From NCBI GenBank assembly GCA_051532055.1, contig JAOPTX010000066.1:1-44286 (forward strand): a stretch of DNA of 44,286 nucleotides. Direction: 5' to 3'. Numbering within the stretch: the stretch's first letter is position 1; each line of letters opens with the position of its first letter. Positions 9,907 to 19,148 of the stretch are shown piece by piece. Position numbers and translations under genes: made by a program. The stretch is from Fibrobacterales bacterium (GTDB taxonomy: Bacteria; Fibrobacterota; Fibrobacteria; Fibrobacterales; JAOPTW01). Under the pieces are notes generated by a model that was given only the letters and a program-made list of their open reading frames with translations, was not told the origin of the DNA and searched no databases.

Positions 9907-11796
9907 CTAGATTCTATCATTTCGGTTATAATTGAGACTAAAAGAAGTCGTTCCTTTCGTCAAAGTTCTCACTTCAATAGAATATCCAAGCGTTTCATTT
10001 AAGGGAATTTCCCCTTTTAGGTGCGTGTGCATTCCGTGTGTTTCAATTTTTTGTACAATTGCCCTCCGAGATTGAAGGTCAGAAATTAATTTACCACAAT
10101 AATCATTCGGAACTACTATTTCAATAGTCATAATTGGTTCAGTAATTACAATATCTTTCTTTTCAATCTTATAACGAATGGCATCTATTAATAACCGTTT
10201 TAACTGGCCAGGAATAAGAACTCCTGAACTGGTTATATTTTTTATTACAAAATGAACACATCTCAGTTCACCCTTCCCTACAACTCCTGCCGCCACACAC
10301 TCCTCTATGGCACTTTTGACTACTGCATCTATAAAGGGCGGGTATGAGCCTGAATCTATCTCATATGAATAGTTTTTTGAGTGCAATCGCCTCATCTCTA
10401 GGGCTATACTATGTTTATTCCCTTCAAATTCGTTTTCTTCGACAAAGAAAGGAATGTCTTGTATAAGTTCTTCATAATATTGAACATGTGGCTCACCACT
10501 TGAGAAATCACATTTAAATTCATGTGTTAATCTGTCTTTTATATAATCAAGATGAACTTCACCTACAACATAGAGATCCCAGCACCCTTTTTCATAATCT
10601 GATTCAACTTTCAATGATGGGTCAGTCTTATCAATAATTTTTAAGGCCTCATCTATATCCGTAATATCATCACTTGTTTTGCCCTCTAATTGAACCTTAA
10701 CCAGCGGGTTATATTTATGATTAAAAATATTCTCGGTTTTTAAGCCCAACTCAGAAATAATATCTCCAATAGAGAAAGAATCCGAGCTCTTAAATGAAAA
10801 TATTTCACCAGCTTTTATTGATTCAATCGATATAAGCTCTTCACTTTTAACTCCATATACATCCCACCATTCATATTGCTTAGGTTGTATGTCAGTAATT
10901 GCCTGTGCAATATACATAAGTCCGTTACTTGAAAAAGTTCTCACCTTTAATACTGAGCACAAACCAACTTTCGCCGTTGTAAACGAAGGAAACACTACAT
11001 TTACTGTATTGAGAAGTTGACGTACTCCTATAGATTGTTTCGCTGAACCTAAGCAGAGCGGTATATACTTATCATCTTGGAAGCACGAAGGCATATGCTG
11101 AATGATATCTTCTGGACCTATAAGCCCATCCATAAGATATTTCTCCATAAGTCCATCGTCATATTCAACTACTGCTTCTATTAGCTCTTTTCTGTACCGC
11201 TGAACTTCATGTTCTAAGCCCTGAGGAATAGCACGATCAATTTCAATTTTTCTTCCGGACTTAGAGTAAATTGATACATTACTGATTAAATCGAAAACAC
11301 CCACTAGCTTACCATCAGTATAGATTGGAAGATTGAGTGCAATAGGATGTCGTTCTATTTGCTCTTCTATATGTATTAATACTTCGCCAAGATCAGCGTG
11401 TTCAATATCAAGTTTATTTACAAAGATGAGCGGAGTAACATTGTGCTGAACAATTTTGTTCCAAGCCGAGATCGTTTGCGTTTCGAGGCTGTTTTGTCCA
11501 CATACTACTAATATTGCCCCTTGAGATGCATAAAGAGCACAATCAACTTCAGCTGAAAAATCAATATGGCCTGGAGTGTCCAAAAAGTCAACCTGTTCAT
11601 CTCTCCAGATATAAGAAGACACACCTGTTTCAATGGTAATTCCTTTTTCTTTTTCCGTAGGGAGGTAATCCATCGTTGCAAGGCCCTCTTCTACTTCTCC
11701 AACTGTATTTATTTCTTTTGAGAGATACAGTATTCTTTCGGATAATGTCGTTTTACCGGCATCTACATGTGCTAGAATTGATAGTGCTTTTGACAT
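9907..11796 (-). CDS. Divergent elongation factor G-family GTPase (EF-G2 / recycling-type-like)
   Basis: AHVDAGKTT, EKEKGITI, DTPGHIDF, NKLD, GSA; EF-G domain III (DPSL...GEVHL) and V (EPIM...DLQSRRA); domain IV loops degenerate; ATG 11796 preferred to TTG 11808. Confidence 0.88.
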   Translation of the reverse strand: MSKALSILAHVDAGKTTLSERILYLSKEINTVGEVEEGLATMDYLPTEKEKGITIETGVSSYIWRDEQVDFLDTPGHIDFSAEVDCALYASQGAILVVCGQNSLETQTISAWNKIVQHNVTPLIFVNKLDIEHADLGEVLIHIEEQIERHPIALNLPIYTDGKLVGVFDLISNVSIYSKSGRKIEIDRAIPQGLEHEVQRYRKELIEAVVEYDDGLMEKYLMDGLIGPEDIIQHMPSCFQDDKYIPLCLGSAKQSIGVRQLLNTVNVVFPSFTTAKVGLCSVLKVRTFSSNGLMYIAQAITDIQPKQYEWWDVYGVKSEELISIESIKAGEIFSFKSSDSFSIGDIISELGLKTENIFNHKYNPLVKVQLEGKTSDDITDIDEALKIIDKTDPSLKVESDYEKGCWDLYVVGEVHLDYIKDRLTHEFKCDFSSGEPHVQYYEELIQDIPFFVEENEFEGNKHSIALEMRRLHSKNYSYEIDSGSYPPFIDAVVKSAIEECVAAGVVGKGELRCVHFVIKNITSSGVLIPGQLKRLLIDAIRYKIEKKDIVITEPIMTIEIVVPNDYCGKLISDLQSRRAIVQKIETHGMHTHLKGEIPLNETLGYSIEVRTLTKGTTSFSLNYNRNDRI

Positions 11797-11854
11797 GATA
11801 TTGATCAAATTTAGAAGAATTTATTAAAGGGAAATATAGCATTTATATATACCT

Positions 11855-11891
11855 AAAAAAAATGAAGGCCCCATTAATAGGAGCCTTCATT
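11855..11891 (-). terminator. Intrinsic terminator of the RICIN-FISUMP gene
   Basis: Minus strand AATGAAGGCTCC-TATTAAT-GGGGCCTTCATT followed by a T run. Confidence 0.85.
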
Positions 11892-11940
11892 AACATATAC
11901 TACAATTATATGTGATGTTAGAGATGTTTGCTATAAAGTA

Positions 11941-13629
11941 TTAATCCTCAATACAGCGTACTGACACCATCCAACCCTTAGCACTATTATCGAGTGAAAC
12001 CGCATCATCACTAAAGCGCATATCTCTTCTCAATGCTTTTGAGCCGCTCTCCGTTGACGACCAAAACAAACCATATTTTGTGAGAGAACCATAATAATTA
12101 CCCCCACCAGCCGCTCCAAAGCCCCCCGGAAGAGCCCCAAACCCAAACTGGTCACTTCCTGGCATTGCCATCCATTCAGTCTCTGCTTTAAGGCTTCTTC
12201 CTATGCCATCTTCTCCATTATTTACATCGACGTAGTTAAAGAGAACCTGCCATTCACCATCACTCGGTAAATGCCAATCTGCAGGACAAATTCCCCGTAT
12301 ACCACTTGGTACACTTGTACTTGAAGAATTTCCAGCCATTGCCATAGTCCAATCATACATCCGACCATACGTATCACATGTAGCAGTGTTTCCCTGATTT
12401 TGTGCTCCACTGCAATACCCAATAGTATTACTGTTTGAATAATTTAAATTTTCTGCCATCCAAGTCTGGGTTCCGATTAAAACCTTTTTATATGATTGAC
12501 CATCCCGAGTATCAGTAAATTCTGTGGGTGAAGTTGGCGGTACCGGCGGCTCATCTTGATTTTTTACGCATCGTACTGAGCGCCCAAACCGCTTTCCTGA
12601 ACTATTATTCATCAACGCATTATGCCAAGGAATATTATTATAAGATGAGAGTTCACGAATTCTGACATACATTGGTGAAACACTCTCTTCAGTAGTTGTC
12701 CACCAAGCCCCATTAGTTCCTATTATATAGAATTTGTACTGCCAATCTAGCTTCACTCCACCTGGAAGCATACCAAAAGAGTAGTCATCTGTACCCTTTG
12801 ATTGTTCATTCCATTCAAGTGTTGATTTCAAATAAGGTGCAATGTCCAGCCAATGACCATTATCGAAACCTGTAGCATTATTTTTAGTGGCAATATAGAG
12901 TGCCAATTCATCCCATTCATCACCTGAAGGCACGTGCCAGTCATCTGGGCATAAGCCCTGTACGCCTGAAGGATTTGATGAACTTGCTGTTCCTACCGCA
13001 GCAGTCCAAGTATAGAGACGACCGTACGTATCACAATTTTCAGGAAGATCATCATAACACCACGACTCAGTACCATCCATATGCTCATATTGCAAATTTT
13101 TAGCCATCCAAATTTGATTTCCAATGGTCACCGATGGATATACTACACCATCACGGGGATCGATATAATCATCTGAGTTTATTGTTCTAAAGGCGAATAC
13201 TTGCTCTGGGGCTCCAGAACAAGTACTTAATACCACACTTGCGCCAATATCTCTACTTGCACTTTCAATAGCCATACAAAACTCTCTAGAATAATCTCTT
13301 AACTCTAGGCTTCCCGCATAATCTGTAGGCTGGATAAGATTGTACCCATTTACCGTTTGTATATCTTGTACCACATTAGCACCAGCTGCGATACTTTCAA
13401 GCTGCATATGCTTTCCACTATGGCTATTAAATATTCGACCAGAATGTATGTCTTCTACACTCCACTGTTGCATTATTGAACCCGTACATTTGCCTTGAAC
13501 TACAGATGCATCACGTTCTATTGAGTGACCCTCTATTTCAAGGCAGAGGCCACTATTAACGTTCTGTATCATTACAGCTTGAGCCTGTAGGGATACAACT
13601 ACCCCTAACATGATTAATAAAATTTTCAT
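11941..13629 (-). CDS. Secreted protein with a RICIN beta-trefoil domain and two FISUMP (Fib_succ_major) domains
   Basis: Signal peptide; NVNSGLCLEI/QQW ricin motifs; two copies of DxRDG..Y..V.IG.Q.WMA.NL.Y...YGR.Y.W...CP.DWH.PS..EW...SVRC joined by a Pro/Thr linker. Confidence 0.88.
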   Translation of the reverse strand: MKILLIMLGVVVSLQAQAVMIQNVNSGLCLEIEGHSIERDASVVQGKCTGSIMQQWSVEDIHSGRIFNSHSGKHMQLESIAAGANVVQDIQTVNGYNLIQPTDYAGSLELRDYSREFCMAIESASRDIGASVVLSTCSGAPEQVFAFRTINSDDYIDPRDGVVYPSVTIGNQIWMAKNLQYEHMDGTESWCYDDLPENCDTYGRLYTWTAAVGTASSSNPSGVQGLCPDDWHVPSGDEWDELALYIATKNNATGFDNGHWLDIAPYLKSTLEWNEQSKGTDDYSFGMLPGGVKLDWQYKFYIIGTNGAWWTTTEESVSPMYVRIRELSSYNNIPWHNALMNNSSGKRFGRSVRCVKNQDEPPVPPTSPTEFTDTRDGQSYKKVLIGTQTWMAENLNYSNSNTIGYCSGAQNQGNTATCDTYGRMYDWTMAMAGNSSSTSVPSGIRGICPADWHLPSDGEWQVLFNYVDVNNGEDGIGRSLKAETEWMAMPGSDQFGFGALPGGFGAAGGGNYYGSLTKYGLFWSSTESGSKALRRDMRFSDDAVSLDNSAKGWMVSVRCIED

Positions 13630-13784
13630 ATTGAATCCTATTTTAATGAATGAAAATCAAAAAATAGGTAGTGATCGACTTCTGAATCACAAAATGTGAT
13701 TCTTAGTGCGATAAACTGTTTACTCACAGAAAACAGTTTATTATACAAAAGGTATGTAAGGGGTCTAAATATATTAGAGAGTGT

Positions 13785-14363
13785 TTACAGCTGAGGAACA
13801 ATTTTTTTGATGGCTTCACCACGATGAGAAAGTGACTTTTTTTCCACCATGGACATTTCAGCAAAAGTCTTATCATATTCATTGGGTACAAAAAGCGGAT
13901 CGTATCCAAACCCATGTATACCTCTTGGACTTACGACAATTGAGCCCTTTACTTCACCACGCACAATAGTCTCTGAGCCCGTTCCATCAAGATAGCAGAG
14001 TGCACAGACAAATTGCGCTCCACGATTTGTATTACCAGAAAGCTCACTCAAAAGTTTATCGTTATTCTGTTGATCTGTTGCATGCTCACCTGCAAAACGA
14101 GCAGTATAAATACCGGGACGTGCATCTAACGCGTCTACCTCAATTCCAGAATCATCAGCCATTACAGGAAGATTACAAAATTTTTGTACCGCAACCGCTT
14201 TGATACGAGCATTGGCTTCAAACGTATCGCCGTCTTCGATAATTTCATCCGTAAAGCCAATATCTTTAAGAGACTTAAACTCAAAATTATCACTGCCCAG
14301 TATGGCATAAAACTCTTTGAGCTTCCCCTGATTACCTGTAGCGATTACAATAGTTTGTTTCAT
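13785..14363 (-). CDS. rdgB: Non-canonical purine NTP pyrophosphatase (RdgB/HAM1)
   Basis: ATGNQGKLKE, ADDSG, GFGYDPLF, SHRG. Confidence 0.96.
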   Translation of the reverse strand: MKQTIVIATGNQGKLKEFYAILGSDNFEFKSLKDIGFTDEIIEDGDTFEANARIKAVAVQKFCNLPVMADDSGIEVDALDARPGIYTARFAGEHATDQQNNDKLLSELSGNTNRGAQFVCALCYLDGTGSETIVRGEVKGSIVVSPRGIHGFGYDPLFVPNEYDKTFAEMSMVEKKSLSHRGEAIKKIVPQL

Positions 14364-14385
14364 GACCCTCTATAGTGAATGTGAT

Positions 14386-14622
14386 TTATGCTTTTTTAAC
14401 CCAAATTGTATCAGCTTCAATACTTCGTAGTGCAAGCTTTGTATTTTGCACCACAATTTTGATGGTTGAACTACCTAAGGTCATAGCTTCTACGGTTATG
14501 TCTGAGCCACGTTTGATACCAAAAGACATTAGTCGGTGCCGTAAATCGCCCGGAGCTGTCACCTCTTCGACAGTTACGGTCTCACCTTCTAGAACTTTGG
14601 ATAATGGAATTTTGCTATTCAT
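14386..14622 (-). CDS. feoA: FeoA family protein
   Basis: PLS...HRLMSFGIKRGSDITV...LALRSIEADTIWV; ATG at 14622. Confidence 0.85.
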   Translation of the reverse strand: MNSKIPLSKVLEGETVTVEEVTAPGDLRHRLMSFGIKRGSDITVEAMTLGSSTIKIVVQNTKLALRSIEADTIWVKKA

Positions 14623-14638
14623 ACCCAAAAACTAACTA

Positions 14639-14657
14639 GAATGAGACTTAATATCAA
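14639..14657. promoter_or_regulatory. Fur-box-like site upstream of feoA
   Basis: AATGAGACTTAATATCAA resembles the Fur consensus AATGATAATCATTATC; lies about 17 nt upstream of an iron-uptake-family gene. Confidence 0.5.
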
Positions 14658-14810
14658 GATATTTAGCTCTTATGATAAATCGAGAACAATTATGAAGTCA
14701 CAAATATGTGGTATTTGAGGATGCTATTACCCCACCCTGTACGTATGGTCATTAGACCCTACAAGGAGAATGGATAAATTATTACCATTACTTTCAAAAA
14801 TGAGGTGATA

Positions 14811-15128
14811 ATGTCTGAATTTAAAAACGTAACAATCGTAAAACAAGCAAATGTCTATTTTGATGGTGCAGTAACAAGCAGAACCGTAGTATTTGAAGAT
14901 GGCACGAAGAAAACACTTGGTATTATGAATCCAGGTGAATATGAGTTTGGTGCTGATGCCGCTGAAATTATGGAAATCATGGCTGGTGACCTTGAAGTGC
15001 TTCTTCCAGGATCTGAAGAATGGGTGACCATTAAAGGCGGAGAATCATTTAATGTCCCTGCCAATTCAAAGTTTAACGTTAAAATAAAAACAATTACTGA
15101 CTACTGCTGCTCATATATTGTTGAATAA
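14811..15128 (+). CDS. ppnP: Pyrimidine/purine nucleoside phosphorylase (DUF1255/YaiE family)
   Basis: [12 protein letters not shown]...[14 protein letters not shown]...DYCCSY; SD GAGGTG before ATG 14811. Confidence 0.92.
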   Translation: MSEFKNVTIVKQANVYFDGAVTSRTVVFEDGTKKTLGIMNPGEYEFGADAAEIMEIMAGDLEVLLPGSEEWVTIKGGESFNVPANSKFNVKIKTITDYCCSYIVE

Positions 15129-15144
15129 ATCCAAATTATGGCAC

Positions 15145-15180
15145 AAAAAAAGGGGAGTTCGAATTGAACTCCCCTTTTTT
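15145..15180. terminator. Bidirectional intrinsic terminator between ppnP and leuS
   Basis: A7-GGGGAGTTC-GAATT-GAACTCCCC-T6. Confidence 0.92.
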
Positions 15181-15194
15181 ATTTGATAACTCTT

Positions 15195-17873
15195 TTATTT
15201 TTTACCCACTATATTGACCAACCTATCTGGTACAATAATTGTCTTAATAATCGTTAACCCCTCTAAATTATGGGCAAACTTCTCGTCAGCTTTCGCAAGT
15301 GTTTCAAGATCTTCCTTACTCGTTCCTTTCGCAACCTGTATTTTTGACCGCACTTTGCCATTGACCTGAAGTACAACCGTTACTTCGTCATCAACAGTAA
15401 GCTTGGCGTCAAACTCAGGCCAAGTACTATAAGATAAGTTCTCTTTACCAAGTTGCGACCACATCTCTTCTGCCATATGAGGCGCAAAAGGCGCGACCAA
15501 CTGCACAAAGGTCTCTGCTACTGAGCGATATTTGGTTTCACATTTAGCTATCTCATTATTGAGAATCATGAGTTGAGAAATAGCAGTATTGAAACGGAGC
15601 GCCTCAATATCATGTTCTACCTTTTCGATTGACTGATGGAGTACCTTAAGGAGTGCTTTAGGTGCGTCATCATCTACCAGTGTTACTGGGTGCTCTTCAG
15701 TACCTATCACATTTCTCCATGCTTTACTCAAGAAACGGAACTGCCCTTCAAGCCCTTCAGTTTGCCACGGTTTAGTCGCATCAAGAGGCCCCATAAACAT
15801 TTCATAGAGTCGGAGACTATCTGCTCCATACTCTGCAACAACATCATCAGGATTCACTACATTTTTAAGAGACTTTGACATTTTAGCAACAATCTGCTTA
15901 AGCTCTTCGCCTGTCTCTTTATGAAAGTACTTACCATCTTTTTCATCAACCATATCTGAAGCTACTTTAGAGCCCGTTGTATTCTCGTAGGCAAAAGCGA
16001 GAATCATTCCTTGATTAAAAAGCTTTTGATACGGTTCAGAAGTGGATACGACACCAAGATCAAAAAGCACCTTATGCCAAAAGCGGCTGTACAATAAGTG
16101 AAGTACCGCATGTTCAGCACCGCCCACATAAAGATCGACCGGCATCCAGTAATTTTCTGCTACTTTGTCAAAAGGGTTTTCATCATTTTTCGGATCGATA
16201 TATCTAAGATAGTACCAACATGAGCCAGCCCATTGTGGCATAGTATTTGTTTCTCTGCGACCCTTACGGCCATTTTCATCAGTGACGATAAGCCAGTCAT
16301 CATCAGCATTACCTAGGGGAGACTCACCGCCGTCACCTGGAAGATATTCTTCGAGCTTAGGAAGCTCAAGAGGGAGTTGCTCTACAGGAAGGGTCGTAAC
16401 TTCGCCATCTTCCCAGTGGATAACAGGGAATGGTTCACCCCAATAACGCTGACGGCTAAAAAGCCAATCGCGCAGTTTATAATTTATTGTTGCAACACCA
16501 AGACCTTTTTCACCGAGCCATGTAATAGTTTTTTCAATACCTTCAGATTTAGAGAGACCATTAATATCAAAACCCGTTTCTGAAGAGGCACTCTGAATAT
16601 AAGCTCCATCATCGGTCCAACAAGCATCACCGGCAAGAACTTTTTCACGAAGCTCTGCATCTGCTCCAGCAGGATCAAGAATACAGATCACCGGAATATC
16701 AAATGTTTTTGCAAATTCAAAGTCGCGCTTATCATGTGCAGGAACAGCCATAATTGCGCCAGTACCATAACCGGTGAGAACATAATCTGCAACCCACACT
16801 GGAATTTTAGATCCATTTACAGGATTGATAGCATAAGAACCAGTAAAAACACCACTTTTTTCTTTTGCAAGATCGGTACGATCTAGATCTGATTTAAGTG
16901 CTGCTGCTCTGATATATTCATCGACTTCAGTTTTCTGAGAATCAGCAGTAAGTTGTGAGAGCTGATCATGCTCTGGAGCCACAACCATATAGGTCGCTCC
17001 AAAAAGCGTATCAGGACGTGTAGTATATACTTTAAGATGTACATCTTGGCCATCAATGGCAAAATCAACCTCAGCACCAGTTGAACGACCAATCCAGTTG
17101 CGCTGCATCTCTTTAACACTATCAGGCCAATCGAGATCATCTAACCCTTCAAGAAGACGTTCCGCATAGTGAGGAATACGAAGCATCCACTGCTTAAGGT
17201 TTTTACGCTCAACTTCTTTGGAACCGCATTTTTCATGAGACCCATCACCAAGAACTTCTTCATTGGCACATACAATTTTACAGCTTTTACACCACCACAC
17301 CTGAGCATTATCATAGTAGGCAAGACGGTTATCTGCTTTATATTTTCGGACTGCTTTAATACCTTCAGCTTCGATTTCAGAAGGAATAGGAAGTTCATCA
17401 ATGTGACGCCCTTTGTTTACCTCAGGGTCGAACCAAGTATCAAAGAGCTGTGAAAAAATCCACTGTGACCACTTAAAATAAGCTGGATCTGTTGTGTTAA
17501 TCTCACGATCCCAATCGTAACTGAGTCCCAATGATTTAATTTGACGGCGAAAGGTATCACAATTTTTCTGTGTTGTGATTGCCGGATGGGTACCTGTTTG
17601 AATAGCATACTGCTCGGCAGGAAGACCAAATGCATCCCAACCCATTGGGTGAAGCACGTTAAAACCTTTGTTACGCTTATATCTACAGAGAATATCTGTA
17701 GCAGTGTATCCCTCTGGATGCCCTACATGAAGGCCATTACCCGATGGATAAGGAAACATATCAAGACAATAAAATTTAGGTTTGCTCGTGTCGAGTCCAG
17801 TTTTAAAGGTCTTATTCTCTTCCCAAAACTGTTGCCATTTCGGCTCAATATCTGAAGGGGTATATTTTGGCAT
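15195..17873 (-). CDS. leuS: Leucine--tRNA ligase
   Basis: MFPYPSG..LHVGH, TTRPDT editing domain, [17 protein letters not shown]. Confidence 0.99.
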   Translation of the reverse strand: MPKYTPSDIEPKWQQFWEENKTFKTGLDTSKPKFYCLDMFPYPSGNGLHVGHPEGYTATDILCRYKRNKGFNVLHPMGWDAFGLPAEQYAIQTGTHPAITTQKNCDTFRRQIKSLGLSYDWDREINTTDPAYFKWSQWIFSQLFDTWFDPEVNKGRHIDELPIPSEIEAEGIKAVRKYKADNRLAYYDNAQVWWCKSCKIVCANEEVLGDGSHEKCGSKEVERKNLKQWMLRIPHYAERLLEGLDDLDWPDSVKEMQRNWIGRSTGAEVDFAIDGQDVHLKVYTTRPDTLFGATYMVVAPEHDQLSQLTADSQKTEVDEYIRAAALKSDLDRTDLAKEKSGVFTGSYAINPVNGSKIPVWVADYVLTGYGTGAIMAVPAHDKRDFEFAKTFDIPVICILDPAGADAELREKVLAGDACWTDDGAYIQSASSETGFDINGLSKSEGIEKTITWLGEKGLGVATINYKLRDWLFSRQRYWGEPFPVIHWEDGEVTTLPVEQLPLELPKLEEYLPGDGGESPLGNADDDWLIVTDENGRKGRRETNTMPQWAGSCWYYLRYIDPKNDENPFDKVAENYWMPVDLYVGGAEHAVLHLLYSRFWHKVLFDLGVVSTSEPYQKLFNQGMILAFAYENTTGSKVASDMVDEKDGKYFHKETGEELKQIVAKMSKSLKNVVNPDDVVAEYGADSLRLYEMFMGPLDATKPWQTEGLEGQFRFLSKAWRNVIGTEEHPVTLVDDDAPKALLKVLHQSIEKVEHDIEALRFNTAISQLMILNNEIAKCETKYRSVAETFVQLVAPFAPHMAEEMWSQLGKENLSYSTWPEFDAKLTVDDEVTVVLQVNGKVRSKIQVAKGTSKEDLETLAKADEKFAHNLEGLTIIKTIIVPDRLVNIVGKK

Positions 17874-18025
17874 AATGCTCTCAAAGTCGTATTTGGAGCT
17901 AAATGTAATAATTTCTTTGAGTTTGCAGAATGTTTGGCGTATGGGATACCCTTTTGTTCGGCAAATGACTTCTAAGAAATCACATATTCAAAAATAATAT
18001 TCGCTAGTATGAAAACTATTTACAT

Positions 18026-18061
18026 AAAAAAAGCCCTCTTTCCAGAAGAAAGAGGGCTTTT
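18026..18061 (-). terminator. Intrinsic terminator after the small lipoprotein gene
   Basis: AAAAGCCCTCTTTC-CAGAA-GAAAGAGGGCTTTT with A7 on the plus side (U tail on minus). Confidence 0.88.
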
Positions 18062-18080
18062 ACGTTAGTGAAAACGTTAA

Positions 18081-18302
18081 TTATTTTGCTTCGGCAGCTG
18101 GAGCTGCTTCTACTGGGGCTACTTCCGCTTTCGGAGCAACTACTGCTTCTGCTTCTGGAGCAGCAGCTTGGTCAGCTTGTTCAGCTGCAGGTTGTACTTC
18201 AGCAGCTGGAGCTACTTCTTTTTTTGTTTCTTCTTTTTTATTACACCCTACAAGTGCAATAATCGAGAAGATAGACGCTGCGAGGAGCATTTTGAAATTC
18301 AT
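18081..18302 (-). CDS. Small Ala/Glu/Pro-rich lipoprotein
   Basis: Lipobox LVGC, low-complexity EVAP/AAE repeats, SD AAGGA, own terminator. Confidence 0.8.
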   Translation of the reverse strand: MNFKMLLAASIFSIIALVGCNKKEETKKEVAPAAEVQPAAEQADQAAAPEAEAVVAPKAEVAPVEAAPAAEAK

Positions 18303-18401
18303 ACTTATCCTTTTATATGATTCTACCTTGTACTGGAATGTAACAAAAAACAGAATTTTTCAATGCTATTTTATTGTTATCATGTTAGGATCTAACTATT
18401 G

Positions 18402-18977
18402 TTATTCGATTGGTTCATTGCCTTTTATTCTAAAAGACATGCCAAAAGATAATTCTAAGCCCTGCGGTTCAAAGAGCTCTGCAGCAGTCTCTAGGTCTTC
18501 ACTCTCAACACCTTCTCTGTAAATAGACTTGCCACCAGAGAGCGGTAATCCATATCCAACAGTACCATAAAAATTTACTTTTGATAAAGCAACACGTAAA
18601 CCGGCTCTCAGCCCTAGGGAATGCCCTGCAGTAACTTTATACAACGCGCTGTCATTATTAACCTTTACCGTTAATTGTGAGAGCCCACCTGCATGGTAAT
18701 ATGATGCACCAACATATGGTGAAAATTTTTGATCTGCCTTAAAAAAATACTTTGTCCCCAGTCCATATTTGAAACCCGCAAATGAAATCCCTCCACCTGC
18801 ATTTATATTAACATTAGGAGTCGGATAAAAAGCAAGTTCTACACCAGTACCATACGGTGCATTCCAACCAATACCTCCGCCTACCTCGACTACCATTAGG
18901 TTATTTGCGTTCATATCTTCTTCCGCAAATCCATTATTGAGAAGAATGAGTGCTATTAAAAGAAAAATTTGCTTCAT
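18402..18977 (-). CDS. Putative outer-membrane beta-barrel protein
   Basis: Signal peptide; alternating Gly/aromatic strands (SPYVGASY, LSFGMSFRI). Confidence 0.65.
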   Translation of the reverse strand: MKQIFLLIALILLNNGFAEEDMNANNLMVVEVGGGIGWNAPYGTGVELAFYPTPNVNINAGGGISFAGFKYGLGTKYFFKADQKFSPYVGASYYHAGGLSQLTVKVNNDSALYKVTAGHSLGLRAGLRVALSKVNFYGTVGYGLPLSGGKSIYREGVESEDLETAAELFEPQGLELSFGMSFRIKGNEPIE

Positions 18978-19148
18978 TGTATGGTACCTTATTAAATTAT
19001 CAGCTTTTAAAATTTAGTTGTTTTTATTTAATTTCACATAAATTAAGGGAGAGAACCATTCCATTTTTTATTTTCACCCTACAAATTCAACTCAGCGCCT
19101 TTTTCGAGTTACACTATTAATAACCGACACTATTATTTGGGATTCCCT

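Noticed and set aside
9907..11796. TetM/TetO ribosomal protection protein
   Set aside because: Size is similar, but it has a long G' insert and sits in the fusA position next to tuf, with no Tet-specific motifs or mobile context recognised; phylogeny would be decisive
11941..13629. Diversity-generating retroelement target (FISUMP domains can be DGR targets)
   Set aside because: No reverse transcriptase and no near-identical TR/VR repeat seen in the window; the two domains are diverged throughout
14770..14808. Leu-rich u[15 protein letters not shown] overlapping the ppnP SD
   Set aside because: AAGGAG is only 1 nt from the ATG, and there is no logical link between Leu sensing and ppnP
15195..18025. 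T-box upstream of leuS; insertion in the LeuRS N-terminal region
   Set aside because: No T-box consensus seen; a similar insertion is common in LeuRS from several phyla
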